A stretch of 64,000 bases of DNA from Escherichia coli (GTDB lineage: Bacteria > Pseudomonadota > Gammaproteobacteria > Enterobacterales > Enterobacteriaceae), in the NCBI RefSeq assembly GCF_003018255.1, contig NZ_CP027440.1; one strand, given 5' to 3'. Within the stretch, counting starts at the first letter, position 1; the number at the start of each line of letters is the position of its first letter. Below are positions 35,256 through 45,428 of the stretch, in pieces. The notes beneath the pieces were generated by a model. That model did no database searches, was not told the DNA's origin, and saw only the letters and a program-made list of their open reading frames with translations. The position numbers and the translations under genes are program-made.

Positions 35256-35422
35256 TTACTTTTAGTCGCTTTATTGCAGGTGAGATTTGCGCGGCATCAA
35301 CGGTAACACTTAAGTAACAACATTTAAATAATGTTTATAAATTATATTCTAATTTTAGAAACATTATAATTTCGTTGATTAATTATAGGGTTATTAGAAA
35401 TGAAGGGATTTTTAGCATATTA

Positions 35423-35447
35423 ACCTGGCGGCAGCAGTCCGCCAGGT
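35423..35447 (-). terminator. putative terminator hairpin downstream of yojI
   Basis: acctggcgg-cagcagt-ccgccaggt 9-bp stem; weak U-tract. Confidence 0.4.
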
Positions 35448-35460
35448 CAGCGTCGTAATA

Positions 35461-37104
35461 TTATGCCGTCCGGGCAACGGCATCACGCGAAGCAGCATCG
35501 CGCTCTTCGCCTGTCAGCTCGCTAAGTTGCCCGTTGCGCATTTCCAGCAGGCGGTCGGCGTGGATAAAGTAATGATCATCATGACTGATGGCGAAAATAG
35601 TTTTACCCATCTCCTGCATCAGCGGCAGCAGCACCTGATAAAACTCACGACGGAAGTGTGGATCCTGATCCGCCGCCCATTCATCCAGCAGGATAATATC
35701 GCGTTCTTCTGCCAGCGCCAGCAACAGCGCCACGCGTTTTTTCTGCCCTTTTGATAACTTCAGGTTAACAATACGCCCGTTGCTTAACTCAAGCTTATGA
35801 GCCATTTTCAGCTGCGCCAGCCACTTCTCAACCAGTTGCGGGTTAGCGGGTTGCCCCTCCGGCCCCAGCAGTTGATCAAACAGCCAGACATCGGTAAACA
35901 CTGCCGAAAACAGTTTTCGATAATCTTCCGGTTGTTCGCCGCTGACAGGTTTGCCATCCAGCAAGATTTCGCCATTTTGTGGCTGGTACAAGCCCGTCAG
36001 CAACATCGCCAGCGTCGATTTTCCACTACCGTTGCCACCAATCAGAAACAGCAGCTCGCCACGTTTGATGGTGAGGTTAATTGGCCCAACGGAAAACGCG
36101 TTATCCTGATAGCTAAACGTCACGTTACGCAGCTCCAGCGTTTGCCAGTTGGGAAAAGCCTGCGGGCGCGGAAACTCTGCTTTGAAAGGCGCGAGCGCGA
36201 ATTTGTTCAGCTTGTTAAACGCCACCTGCGCCGTCAGCAGCGTCGGCAATGCGCCAACCGCCGAAAGCAGCGGCGTACGCAGGAATAACAGCGTCAACGA
36301 ATAGGTCGCAGCAACGTTGGTATCAGCCCAACCGAGACTGTTCGCCATCCAGAACACCAGGCCGATAGCGCCCAGCATCATGATGTTTGACCAGTTCACG
36401 GCACTAAGATGGAAGGTGTCTGCGCGAATAATATGATGGCGATACTCTTGCGCATCAGGAATGTAGAGGTTGTTAAACACATACTCGGCGCGTTCACGGT
36501 TCAGAGTCAGCTCTTTGCGCCCTTCGAGTACAGTTTGAAAATCCGTGTACAGCTTATCTTCGGTTTCACGCAGGGTCGCCATATGTTTGTACACCCGCGC
36601 CACCAGCACAAAACCGCCCCAGATGGTGACTGCCATCCAGATAGCCGTTACCAGCAACATTTTGCCCGACAGCATCCACAAATACGCCGCTGAACCGATA
36701 GTGAGAATGATCCCCTGCACCAGTTCCGGCAGACGCACAAAAGCAATGGTGATATTGCGCACATCGCTGGTTAATCCCGCCAGCAACGAGGCGCTACCGA
36801 GTTGTTCAATGCGCTCGACGTGAGTATCGAGAATCCGCTTGATAAATTCACTACGCAGTCGGTAAACGAAGTGATGCCCCAAAGTGGTGAGCGCCAGTTG
36901 CGATCCGAGAGTGACGGCCATCAACAGCAGCAATAACCCCAGAAACTCCGGCAATACCAGCAGACTGGTATCCGCCGTTTCGATAAGGCGCTGATTGATA
37001 AAAGCAATTAAGCCAATGCCTAATGCCGCACTGGCGAGGCTTAGCGCCATCACACTGATAAATGGCCAGCGATACTGCCGCCAGACAAGTACAAGAAGTT
37101 CCAT
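35461..37104 (-). CDS. yojI: ABC exporter, fused permease/ATPase (microcin J25 efflux)
   Basis: 547 aa; N-terminal TM domain; Walker [10 protein letters not shown] and [12 protein letters not shown] signature. Confidence 0.9.
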   Translation of the reverse strand: MELLVLVWRQYRWPFISVMALSLASAALGIGLIAFINQRLIETADTSLLVLPEFLGLLLLLMAVTLGSQLALTTLGHHFVYRLRSEFIKRILDTHVERIEQLGSASLLAGLTSDVRNITIAFVRLPELVQGIILTIGSAAYLWMLSGKMLLVTAIWMAVTIWGGFVLVARVYKHMATLRETEDKLYTDFQTVLEGRKELTLNRERAEYVFNNLYIPDAQEYRHHIIRADTFHLSAVNWSNIMMLGAIGLVFWMANSLGWADTNVAATYSLTLLFLRTPLLSAVGALPTLLTAQVAFNKLNKFALAPFKAEFPRPQAFPNWQTLELRNVTFSYQDNAFSVGPINLTIKRGELLFLIGGNGSGKSTLAMLLTGLYQPQNGEILLDGKPVSGEQPEDYRKLFSAVFTDVWLFDQLLGPEGQPANPQLVEKWLAQLKMAHKLELSNGRIVNLKLSKGQKKRVALLLALAEERDIILLDEWAADQDPHFRREFYQVLLPLMQEMGKTIFAISHDDHYFIHADRLLEMRNGQLSELTGEERDAASRDAVARTA

Positions 37105-37179
37105 GCAGAAAACCCGGACAATGAATTACAGCCCGCAGTTTAAACATCTTCGCGCGCACAGCAATAATAATTCTTATTT

Positions 37180-37830
37180 TTATTCTTTTTTACCTGCCTG
37201 ACGGAATGTCAGGTTGTAGCGGCAGTCGGTGGTGAGTGGATGAAACCCCGCTTTCAACGGTTGAATACCGTGATAAAACAGCCGCGATTCACCGCCCCAT
37301 ACCACCACATCGCCATGTTCCAGCAACAATCTTTTTAGCGGATCATTTCGTTTCAGGCCGCCAAATTGAAAAATCGCGGGTAAGCCCAGAGAAACAGAAA
37401 CAATCGGCGCGCGCAGATCCGGTTCGTCTTTATCCTGATGCAGCGACAGTTTCGCGCCAGGAGCGTAGCGGTTGATAAGACAAGCATCTGGCTGGAAATC
37501 TGGATAGCCCGCCGCCGTAGCCGCACGTTGACATAAATGATGAAAACTCTGCGGCATGGCGGGCCACGGTTTATTTGTTTGCGGATCAATGGGCGAATAG
37601 AGATAACCCTGCCGATGGGTGGTCCAGCCCAGACGCCCGCAGTTGGTCATCGCCACCGACATGGTATATCCGCCTGGAGTGACCATCTGGCGAAACGGCG
37701 ACTGGCTGGCAACGTCATTAATATCGCGGATCAGTTGCTCCGCAGCGTTAAAAGCAAAACGGTGCAAAATCACCGCTCCAGCCGCCAGTGGTTCTTGCCA
37801 CGGTTCAGCATCGGCAAACAGATCCAACAT
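37180..37830 (-). CDS. alkB: Fe(II)/2-oxoglutarate-dependent DNA/RNA demethylase AlkB
   Basis: 216 aa; immediately downstream of ada. Confidence 0.95.
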   Translation of the reverse strand: MLDLFADAEPWQEPLAAGAVILHRFAFNAAEQLIRDINDVASQSPFRQMVTPGGYTMSVAMTNCGRLGWTTHRQGYLYSPIDPQTNKPWPAMPQSFHHLCQRAATAAGYPDFQPDACLINRYAPGAKLSLHQDKDEPDLRAPIVSVSLGLPAIFQFGGLKRNDPLKRLLLEHGDVVVWGGESRLFYHGIQPLKAGFHPLTTDCRYNLTFRQAGKKE

Positions 37831-38894
37831 TACCTCTCCTCATTCTCAGCTTCGCGGCGCAGCAGTTGCGCTTTACGCGACACGCCCCAGCGGTAACCGG
37901 AAAGTGTGCCATCACCACGGACCACCCGATGACAAGGTATAACGATAGCTAGCTTGTTGGCGGCACAGGCGCTGGCAACGGCCCGTACCGCTTTCGGTTT
38001 GCCAATGGCGTTAGCCAGTTGCTGATAACTGACGGTTTCACCGCAAGGTATCGTGCGCAGTGCCTGCCAGACTTGTTGCTGAAAAGCAGTGCCGCGAATG
38101 TCCAGTGGTAACGTCAGCGGCGTATCGCGTTGATTGAGGCTGGCGATCACTTCACGCACATGTTGCTGAAACGTAAGATCGGCAGGCGCGCTGTCGGCAG
38201 CGGGAAACATCTGCTGTAACTCGCTGATTAGTGTCGCGTCATCATCGCCCAGTAATATCGCGCAAATCCCCCGCTCACTTTCTGCCACCAGGCAACGGCC
38301 CAGCTCACAATCAGCCAGCGCGTAACGCACCGCCAGATTTTCGCCACCGTGACGGAATTGTTTAGCCGTCATGCCCAGCGTTTCGTCGGCTTTGCGGTAG
38401 TAACTGCTGCTGTCGGGGAATCCGGCGTTAAGAATAGATGTAGTCACGCTCTCCCCTTTCGCCAGCAATTCGCGCAAACGGCGAGCGCGCCAGGCCTGTT
38501 GCCAGGCTTTAGGCGTCATTCCGGTAGTCGCTTTAAACAACCGATGCAAATGAAATGGACTCATCGCCACCTGGTCGGCTAAGGCTTCCAGCGTTACAGG
38601 CGTTTCCTGTTCCAGAAGTCGGCAGGCGTGGGTAATTTTATCAAGGCGATGTTGCAGGGGATTGGCTTTGTCTGGCTGACAACGTTTGCAGGGACGAAAG
38701 CCAGCGGCAAGCGCCTCGCTGGCATTTGCGTAGAAGGAGACATTTTCCCGCAAGGCATGTCTGGCGCGGCAAGACGGACGGCAAAAGATACCCGTGGTGC
38801 GCACGGCGAAAACGAATTCGCCGTCGGCGTTCGGGTCGCGGGCTAAGACAGATTGCCAGCGTTGATCGTCAGTTAAACATGTGGCGTTTTTCAT
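37830..38894 (-). CDS. ada: bifunctional Ada regulator / O6-methylguanine-DNA methyltransferase
   Basis: 354 aa; N-terminal Cys-rich methyl-phosphotriester domain, AraC-type HTH, C-terminal active site IPCHRVV. Confidence 0.95.
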   Translation of the reverse strand: MKNATCLTDDQRWQSVLARDPNADGEFVFAVRTTGIFCRPSCRARHALRENVSFYANASEALAAGFRPCKRCQPDKANPLQHRLDKITHACRLLEQETPVTLEALADQVAMSPFHLHRLFKATTGMTPKAWQQAWRARRLRELLAKGESVTTSILNAGFPDSSSYYRKADETLGMTAKQFRHGGENLAVRYALADCELGRCLVAESERGICAILLGDDDATLISELQQMFPAADSAPADLTFQQHVREVIASLNQRDTPLTLPLDIRGTAFQQQVWQALRTIPCGETVSYQQLANAIGKPKAVRAVASACAANKLAIVIPCHRVVRGDGTLSGYRWGVSRKAQLLRREAENEER

Positions 38895-38961
38895 AATCAG
38901 CTCCCTGGTTAAGGATAGCCGTTAGTCTGCCCGGTCACCATCGCGCAAAAACCAACAATCT

Positions 38962-38974
38962 TGCGCTTTAATTT
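38962..38974 (-). promoter_or_regulatory. Ada box of the ada-alkB promoter
   Basis: On the ada strand AAATTAAAGCGCA (AAANNAAAGCGCA consensus) about 70 bp upstream of ada start; overlaps the apbE stop codon. Confidence 0.6.
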
Positions 38975-40023
38975 TTTTCGCTGATAAGGAAGCTTTTAAA
39001 CTGCGGCGACATCCAGGTTTTAAAATTATCGCCCTCTTTGGTGATCATGTAGACCGCCAGTCCTTCCCGGCGAACAACCTCTTTGGCTTTCTCCGGCCCG
39101 AGCACCATTAAGCCAGTATCCCAGGCATCGGCTTCCAGCGCCGTCGGGGCAATCACCGTCACGGATACGAGATTGTGTTCGATAGGACGCCCGGTTTGCG
39201 GATCGATAACATGAGAAAGACGTTTGCCGTCCAGTTCGTAATAGTTACGGTAGCTGCCAGAGGTACTAATCCCATGACCGTTGATATCCACCACGGCCTG
39301 AACCGCGTTTTCTTTATCGGTTGGCTTTTGAATCGCTACCCGCCACGGCTTGCCAGCACCGTTCATACCACGGCTGTTCAGCGCGCCGCCCACCGACACC
39401 AGATAGCGGGAAATCCCTTCCTGCTCCATCAAGCGTGCCAGGTGATCCGCCGCATAACCTTCGCCGACGGTGGAGAGATCGACATATAAATCCGGCAGGT
39501 CTTTTTGCAGATATTGCTGATGCGACTGATTAATGACCGTCAGGTGCTGTAAGCCGGTTTTGGCTTTCATCGCATCGATCTGTTCCTGGCTCGGAATTTG
39601 AACCGGTTGTTGTTCCGGACCAAAGCCCCACAGATTCACCAGCGGCCCGACGGTTATATCCATCGCGCCATCGGTCTTCGCGCCAATGCGCAGCGAGGTA
39701 GTGACGATATCGGCCATCGCTTCACTTACCGGCCACGGCGACAAACTTTGCGAGTCGTTAAAGCGCATCAGCGCGGAATCTTTTTTATAGGTCGAAAGCA
39801 GCTGATCGTCAGCGTCCAGTTGGGTCTGAATCTTTTCTTTAAGTTCGGCACTGCGTTTGGCGTCAATGCCCGGGATGCTGGCACGCCAGAAGGTACCCAT
39901 GGTTTTGCCTTCAAGAACGGTAACTTCAGTAGCGTGGGTTTTGGCGGGTTGTGGTTTTTGATCGCAACCAACAAAGAAGAGCGCGGCAGCCAGCAGTGCC
40001 ACGCGGGTAAAGCTTATTTCCAT
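38968..40023 (-). CDS. apbE: FAD:protein FMN transferase lipoprotein ApbE
   Basis: 351 aa; lipoprotein signal (AALFFVGC); ApbE/Ftp family. Confidence 0.9.
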   Translation of the reverse strand: MEISFTRVALLAAALFFVGCDQKPQPAKTHATEVTVLEGKTMGTFWRASIPGIDAKRSAELKEKIQTQLDADDQLLSTYKKDSALMRFNDSQSLSPWPVSEAMADIVTTSLRIGAKTDGAMDITVGPLVNLWGFGPEQQPVQIPSQEQIDAMKAKTGLQHLTVINQSHQQYLQKDLPDLYVDLSTVGEGYAADHLARLMEQEGISRYLVSVGGALNSRGMNGAGKPWRVAIQKPTDKENAVQAVVDINGHGISTSGSYRNYYELDGKRLSHVIDPQTGRPIEHNLVSVTVIAPTALEADAWDTGLMVLGPEKAKEVVRREGLAVYMITKEGDNFKTWMSPQFKSFLISEKN

Positions 40024-40093
40024 ACGTGATTATCCTCATGCGAACGGTCGCAAGAGTACACCAAAAAACTGTGTTTGTACGCTGAAAACAATG

Positions 40094-40116
40094 AAAAAAG
40101 GGCCCGCAGGCCCTTT
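40094..40116 (-). terminator. rho-independent terminator of ompC
   Basis: gggcc-cgca-ggccc hairpin flanked by A-run (U-run on the ompC strand). Confidence 0.75.
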
Positions 40117-40134
40117 GTTCGATATCAATCGAGA

Positions 40135-41280
<1,146 letters not shown>

Positions 41281-41379
41281 TTATATGCCTTTATTTGCTT
41301 TTTTATGCCACTGCATACTGATTAACCCTCATTAATCAGTCGGCAAGTCCATTCTCCCCAAAAATGCAGAATAATCCAA

Positions 41380-41446
41380 CACGAATATGATACTAAAACT
41401 TTTAAGATGTTTCATTTATCGCTATAGATGTTTCAGAATGTAAATG
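41380..41446 (-). promoter_or_regulatory. OmpR-binding region (C boxes) of ompC promoter
   Basis: On the ompC strand TTTACATTCTGAAACATCTATAGCGATAAATGAAACATCTTAAAAG, tandem OmpR-type TTTAC/GAAACATCT repeats. Confidence 0.55.
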
Positions 41447-41544
41447 AAAGGGAACTTTTTAAGATTATTGCGGAATGACCAAATAAGCACCTAACATCAA
41501 GCAATATTAATTCAAGGTTAAAATCAATAACTTATTCTTAATTA

Positions 41545-41566
41545 TTTGACAGCACTGAATGTCAAA
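41545..41566. promoter_or_regulatory. 7-8-7 palindrome in micF promoter (-55 to -34)
   Basis: TTTGACA-gcactgaa-TGTCAAA perfect inverted repeat; -10 element TAGAAT at 41587-41592. Confidence 0.4.
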
Positions 41567-41599
41567 ACAAAACCTTCACTCGCAACTAGAATATCTTCC

Positions 41600-41692
41600 G
41601 CTATCATCATTAACTTTATTTATTACCGTCATTCATTTCTGAATGTCTGTTTACCCCTATTTCAACCGGATGCCTCGCATCCGGTTTTTTTT
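41600..41692 (+). ncRNA. micF: MicF antisense sRNA (represses ompF)
   Basis: GCTATCATCATTAACTTTATTTATTACCGTCATTCATTTCTGAATGTCTGTTTACCCCTATTTCAACCGGATGCCTCGCATCCGGTTTTTTTT; divergent from ompC; ends in hairpin plus U-tract. Confidence 0.9.
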
Positions 41693-42003
41693 ACCCTTCT
41701 TTACACACTTTTCATTATTCTGTGCTACCACAGATAAACTATAACGCTTGTTAACTATTTCACAAATAATTAACATCAGCATAATTTCCAGCAATCTTCG
41801 TTTATTTGCAATTAATTTCGTTAGGCTTTTTGTAGGTTATTTGTACAGCAAAATGGCGCTTGTACATCTATTTCCCCCAATGCAGGATGATAAATATCAC
41901 GGGAGAATAGAGAATCATCAATCCGGTAAGAGTCTGGAATTTCACACTGTACCCTTTATACTGCCCTATCACTTCGCGAAGTTTTAACAGGTCATAAACA
42001 CGA

Positions 42004-44676
42004 ATGCGTCAGAAAGAGACAACGGCCACGACCCGCTTTTCACTCCTACCGGGGAGCATTACCCGCTTCTTTTTACTGTTGATCATTGTGTTACTGGTGA
42101 CGATGGGTGTAATGGTACAAAGCGCCGTTAACGCCTGGCTGAAAGATAAAAGTTACCAGATTGTCGACATTACCCACGCTATCCAAAAGCGCGTCGATAC
42201 CTGGCGTTACGTGACCTGGCAGATCTACGACAACATTGCCGCGACGACCACCCCCTCCTCCGGCGAAGGTTTACAAGAGACGCGCCTGAAACAGGATGTC
42301 TACTATCTGGAGAAACCACGCCGCAAAACGGAAGCGTTAATCTTTGGCTCTCACGACAACTCAACGCTTGAGATGACTCAACGGATGTCCACTTATCTGG
42401 ATACATTGTGGGGCGCAGAAAATGTACCGTGGTCGATGTATTACCTGAATGGTCAGGATAACAGTCTGGTGCTGATCTCAACCCTGCCCCTCAAAGATCT
42501 CACCTCCGGATTTAAAGAATCGACCGTCAGCGACATTGTTGATTCACGTCGTGCAGAGATGTTGCAACAGGCCAACGCCCTCGATGAACGCGAAAGCTTT
42601 TCTAACATGCGCCGCCTGGCCTGGCAGAACGGTCATTACTTTACCTTGCGTACCACGTTCAACCAGCCGGGACATCTGGCAACGGTTGTGGCTTTTGATC
42701 TGCCGATTAATGATTTGATCCCACCGGGTATGCCGCTGGACAGTTTCCGCCTTGAGCCAGACGCGACGGCAACGGGAGACAATGATAATGAGAAAGAAGG
42801 GACGGATAGCGTCAGTATCCACTTTAACAGTACGAAGATTGAAATCTCCTCGGCACTCAACTCTACCGATATGCGCCTGGTCTGGCAGGTTCCTTATGGC
42901 ACCTTATTGCTGGATACGTTGCAAAACATTCTGCTGCCACTGCTGCTGAACATCGGTTTGCTGGCGCTGGCGTTATTTGGCTATACCACATTTCGCCATT
43001 TCTCCAGTCGCAGTACAGAAAGTCTACCCAACACGGCGGTCAATAACGAATTGCGCATTTTACGGGCAATCAATGAAGAGATAGTCTCACTGCTGCCGCT
43101 CGGCCTGCTGGTTCACGATCAGGAATCGAACCGCACTGTCATAAGTAACAAAATTGCCGATCATTTGCTGCCGCATTTGAATCTGCAAAACATCACCACC
43201 ATGGCGGAACAGCATCAGGGGATTATTCAGGCGACGATCAATAACGAGCTGTATGAGATCCGCATGTTCCGCAGCCAGGTTGCGCCGCGCACACAAATTT
43301 TCATTATTCGCGATCAGGATCGCGAAGTGCTGGTAAACAAGAAACTCAAGCAGGCGCAGCGTCTGTATGAGAAAAACCAGCAGGGGCGGATGACCTTTAT
43401 GAAAAACATTGGCGATGCGCTGAAAGAACCCGCACAGTCCCTGGCGGAGAGCGCGGCTAAACTCAACGCCCCGGAAGGCAAACAACTGACGAATCAGGCG
43501 GATGTGCTGGTGCGGCTGGTCGATGAAATACAGTTAGCGAACATGCTTGCGGACGATAGCTGGAAAAGTGAGACGGTGCTGTTCTCCGTGCAGGATTTAA
43601 TTGATGAAGTTGTGCCTTCAGTGTTGCCTGCCATCAAGCGTAAAGGTCTGCAACTGCTGATTAACAATCATCTGAAAGCACACGACATGCGCCGCGGCGA
43701 TCGCGATGCCTTACGACGTATTTTGCTGTTACTGATGCAATATGCCGTGACCTCAACGCAATTGGGAAAAATCACCCTTGAGGTTGATCAGGATGAGTCC
43801 TCCGAAGACCGCCTGACGTTCCGTATTCTGGACACTGGAGAAGGCGTAAGCATTCATGAAATGGATAATTTGCACTTCCCGTTTATCAACCAGACCCAAA
43901 ACGATCGCTATGGCAAGGCGGACCCGCTGGCATTCTGGCTGAGCGATCAACTGGCGCGTAAACTGGGCGGTCATTTAAACATCAAAACGCGGGATGGGCT
44001 TGGTACTCGCTACTCTGTGCATATCAAAATGCTCGCAGCTGACCCGGAAGTTGAAGAGGAAGAAGAGCGTTTACTGGATGATGTCTGCGTAATGGTGGAT
44101 GTTACTTCGGCAGAAATTCGGAATATTGTCACTCGCCAGTTAGAAAATTGGGGTGCAACCTGTATCACACCCGATGAAAGATTAATTAGTCAAGATTATG
44201 ATATCTTTTTAACGGATAATCCGTCTAATCTTACTGCCTCTGGCTTGCTTTTAAGCGATGATGAGTCTGGCGTACGGGAAATTGGGCCTGGTCAATTGTG
44301 CGTCAACTTCAATATGAGCAACGCTATGCAGGAAGCGGTCTTACAATTAATTGAAGTGCAACTGGCGCAGGAAGAGGTGACAGAATCGCCTCTGGGCGGA
44401 GATGAAAATGCGCAACTCCATGCCAGCGGCTATTATGCGCTCTTTGTAGACACAGTACCGGATGATGTTAAGAGGCTGTATACTGAAGCAGCGACCAGTG
44501 ACTTTGCTGCGTTAGCCCAAACGGCTCATCGTCTTAAAGGCGTATTTGCCATGCTAAATCTGGTACCCGGCAAGCAGTTATGTGAAACGCTGGAACATCT
44601 GATTCGTGAGAAGGATGTTCCAGGAATAGAAAAATACATCAGCGACATTGACAGTTATGTCAAGAGCTTGCTGTAG
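42004..44676 (+). CDS. rcsD: Rcs phosphorelay phosphotransfer protein RcsD (YojN)
   Basis: 890 aa; N-terminal TM segments, degenerate kinase-like core, C-terminal HPt region. Confidence 0.9.
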   Translation: MRQKETTATTRFSLLPGSITRFFLLLIIVLLVTMGVMVQSAVNAWLKDKSYQIVDITHAIQKRVDTWRYVTWQIYDNIAATTTPSSGEGLQETRLKQDVYYLEKPRRKTEALIFGSHDNSTLEMTQRMSTYLDTLWGAENVPWSMYYLNGQDNSLVLISTLPLKDLTSGFKESTVSDIVDSRRAEMLQQANALDERESFSNMRRLAWQNGHYFTLRTTFNQPGHLATVVAFDLPINDLIPPGMPLDSFRLEPDATATGDNDNEKEGTDSVSIHFNSTKIEISSALNSTDMRLVWQVPYGTLLLDTLQNILLPLLLNIGLLALALFGYTTFRHFSSRSTESLPNTAVNNELRILRAINEEIVSLLPLGLLVHDQESNRTVISNKIADHLLPHLNLQNITTMAEQHQGIIQATINNELYEIRMFRSQVAPRTQIFIIRDQDREVLVNKKLKQAQRLYEKNQQGRMTFMKNIGDALKEPAQSLAESAAKLNAPEGKQLTNQADVLVRLVDEIQLANMLADDSWKSETVLFSVQDLIDEVVPSVLPAIKRKGLQLLINNHLKAHDMRRGDRDALRRILLLLMQYAVTSTQLGKITLEVDQDESSEDRLTFRILDTGEGVSIHEMDNLHFPFINQTQNDRYGKADPLAFWLSDQLARKLGGHLNIKTRDGLGTRYSVHIKMLAADPEVEEEEERLLDDVCVMVDVTSAEIRNIVTRQLENWGATCITPDERLISQDYDIFLTDNPSNLTASGLLLSDDESGVREIGPGQLCVNFNMSNAMQEAVLQLIEVQLAQEEVTESPLGGDENAQLHASGYYALFVDTVPDDVKRLYTEAATSDFAALAQTAHRLKGVFAMLNLVPGKQLCETLEHLIREKDVPGIEKYISDIDSYVKSLL

Positions 44677-44692
44677 CAAGGTAGCCTATTAC

Positions 44693-45343
44693 ATGAACAA
44701 TATGAACGTAATTATTGCCGATGACCATCCGATAGTCTTGTTCGGTATTCGCAAATCACTTGAGCAAATTGAGTGGGTGAATGTTGTCGGCGAATTTGAA
44801 GACTCTACAGCACTGATCAACAACCTGCCGAAACTGGATGCGCATGTGTTGATTACCGATCTCTCCATGCCTGGCGATAAGTACGGCGATGGCATTACCT
44901 TAATCAAGTACATCAAGCGCCATTTCCCAAGCCTGTCGATCATTGTTCTGACTATGAACAACAACCCGGCGATTCTTAGTGCGGTATTGGATCTGGATAT
45001 CGAAGGGATCGTGCTGAAACAAGGTGCACCGACCGATCTGCCGAAAGCTCTCGCCGCGCTGCAGAAAGGGAAGAAATTTACCCCGGAAAGCGTTTCTCGC
45101 CTGTTGGAAAAAATCAGTGCTGGTGGTTACGGTGACAAGCGTCTCTCGCCAAAAGAGAGTGAAGTTCTACGCCTGTTTGCGGAAGGTTTCCTGGTGACCG
45201 AGATCGCTAAAAAGCTGAACCGCAGTATCAAAACCATCAGTAGCCAGAAGAAATCTGCGATGATGAAGCTGGGTGTCGAGAACGATATTGCTCTGCTGAA
45301 TTATCTCTCTTCTGTGACGTTAAGTCCGGCAGATAAAGACTAA
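44693..45343 (+). CDS. rcsB: Rcs response regulator RcsB (REC + LuxR-type HTH)
   Basis: ORF track 44648-45343; ATG at 44693 (MNNMNVIIADDHPIVLFG) gives 216 aa. Confidence 0.95.
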   Translation: MNNMNVIIADDHPIVLFGIRKSLEQIEWVNVVGEFEDSTALINNLPKLDAHVLITDLSMPGDKYGDGITLIKYIKRHFPSLSIIVLTMNNNPAILSAVLDLDIEGIVLKQGAPTDLPKALAALQKGKKFTPESVSRLLEKISAGGYGDKRLSPKESEVLRLFAEGFLVTEIAKKLNRSIKTISSQKKSAMMKLGVENDIALLNYLSSVTLSPADKD

Positions 45344-45346
45344 TCA

Positions 45347-45428
45347 CCTGTAGGCCAGATAAGACGCGTCAGTGTCTTATCTGGCATTTGCACGGATTGC
45401 CGGATGCGGCGTAAACGCCTTATCCGTC
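45347..45428. repeat. REP elements between convergent rcsB and rcsC
   Basis: ggccagataagacgcgtcagtgtcttatctggc and gccggatgcggcgtaaacgccttatccg palindromes. Confidence 0.7.

Noticed and set aside
35290-35400. AT-rich palindromes upstream of mqo (e.g. AACATT-N5-AATGTT)
   Set aside because: Short 6-bp arms in a very AT-rich promoter region; likely promoter or nucleoid-protein binding context rather than a discrete element
41546-41987. Two plus-strand ORFs (63 and 79 aa) upstream of rcsD
   Set aside because: The first overlaps the micF sRNA and its promoter; the second lies in the AT-rich rcsD promoter region with no ribosome-binding site; translations look like random AT-rich sequence
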